From: Nitrosarchaeum sp.
Lineage (GTDB): Archaea > Thermoproteota > Nitrososphaeria > Nitrososphaerales > Nitrosopumilaceae
Length of the DNA stretch: 64,000 nucleotides
Direction of reading: 5' to 3'
Assembly: GCA_965223865.1 (NCBI GenBank)
Contig: OZ245020.1
Location: 1,120,001 to 1,184,000, forward strand
Shown: positions 63,588 through 64,000 of the stretch, in pieces
Numbering within the stretch: the first letter of the stretch is position 1
Layout of the letters: every line of letters starts with the position of its first letter
Translations under genes and position numbers: made by a program
The notes under the pieces: model-generated
Databases searched by the model: none
Seen by the model: the letters and a program-made list of their open reading frames with translations, nothing else
What the model was told of the DNA's origin: nothing

Positions 63588-64000
63588 CTAGTCTGGATCT
63601 TCGTAGTTTTCTTTCCTTTCATCGCTACTAGTACTTTCCATTGGTTTCATCTTGCTTTCAAGTACATCCATTCTTGCTCTATATCCTTCAGCATATTCTA
63701 ACTCCGATGGAACAAGTGTTGCTGGATGTATGAATCCCTGACTTCTTATTGCCATTGCCTTTTTAGTTGCATTCTCTCTTACGAGGTCCCAATCTGGAGT
63801 CGAGAATCCATCAAATGGACCAGTAAACTTTCCATTATGCATACTAAACACCAATGCCTCTACAATTGGAATGCAAAAGTTGATTGTTGCAGCTGAATTT
63901 AGCTTTACAGGCATTAACGGCATATTGTGACTTCCTCTAGTGTTTCCTGCAACATAATGTGGATTGTTAAAGACACTGCCTACCTCTTCTGTTGCTGGGA
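63588..64000 (-). CDS. fbp: FBP aldolase/phosphatase copy 2 (3' part; runs off the window)
   Basis: 413 nt identical by eye to 44835-45247; identity ends essentially at the stop codon. Confidence 0.93.
   Translation of the reverse strand, partial: PATEEVGSVFNNPHYVAGNTRGSHNMPLMPVKLNSAATINFCIPIVEALVFSMHNGKFTGPFDGFSTPDWDLVRENATKKAMAIRSQGFIHPATLVPSELEYAEGYRARMDVLESKMKPMESTSSDERKENYEDPD

Noticed and set aside
1-64000. tRNA, rRNA, integrase or transposase genes
   Set aside because: No cloverleaf-like GC-rich segment or recombinase/transposase motifs recognised by eye

Overview
AT-rich archaeal chromosome segment with the gene content of a Nitrosopumilus-like ammonia-oxidising archaeon (Nitrososphaerota/Thaumarchaeota). 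About 1-45 kb is mostly core genes: citrate synthase, an ESCRT-III/Vps4 (Cdv) cluster, carAB, a branched-chain amino acid operon, aspS, DNA repair glycosylases, PINA, tRNA-splicing endonuclease, DNA ligase and FBP aldolase/phosphatase. About 46-63.6 kb is an accessory island bounded by two copies of the FBP aldolase/phosphatase gene that are identical over the visible part. It carries glmS, a sugar nucleotidyltransferase, pckA, pgk, surface proteins, two broken response regulators and a broken giant DM13/beta-propeller/GT2 fusion. Top observations: (1) carB is interrupted by a 21-nt insertion (9471-9491) with an in-frame TAA. It folds into a bulge-helix-bulge/loop motif whose predicted endonuclease cuts exactly restore the conserved GEFDYSG motif, so it is a candidate archaeal mRNA intron outside cbf5. 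(2) A 19-codon Ile/Leu/Val-rich leader ORF plus hairpin precedes ilvB, a candidate archaeal amino-acid-sensing attenuator. (3) The fbp-bounded island looks like a gluconeogenesis-to-amino-sugar polymer module. All calls come from reading motifs by eye; no searches were run.
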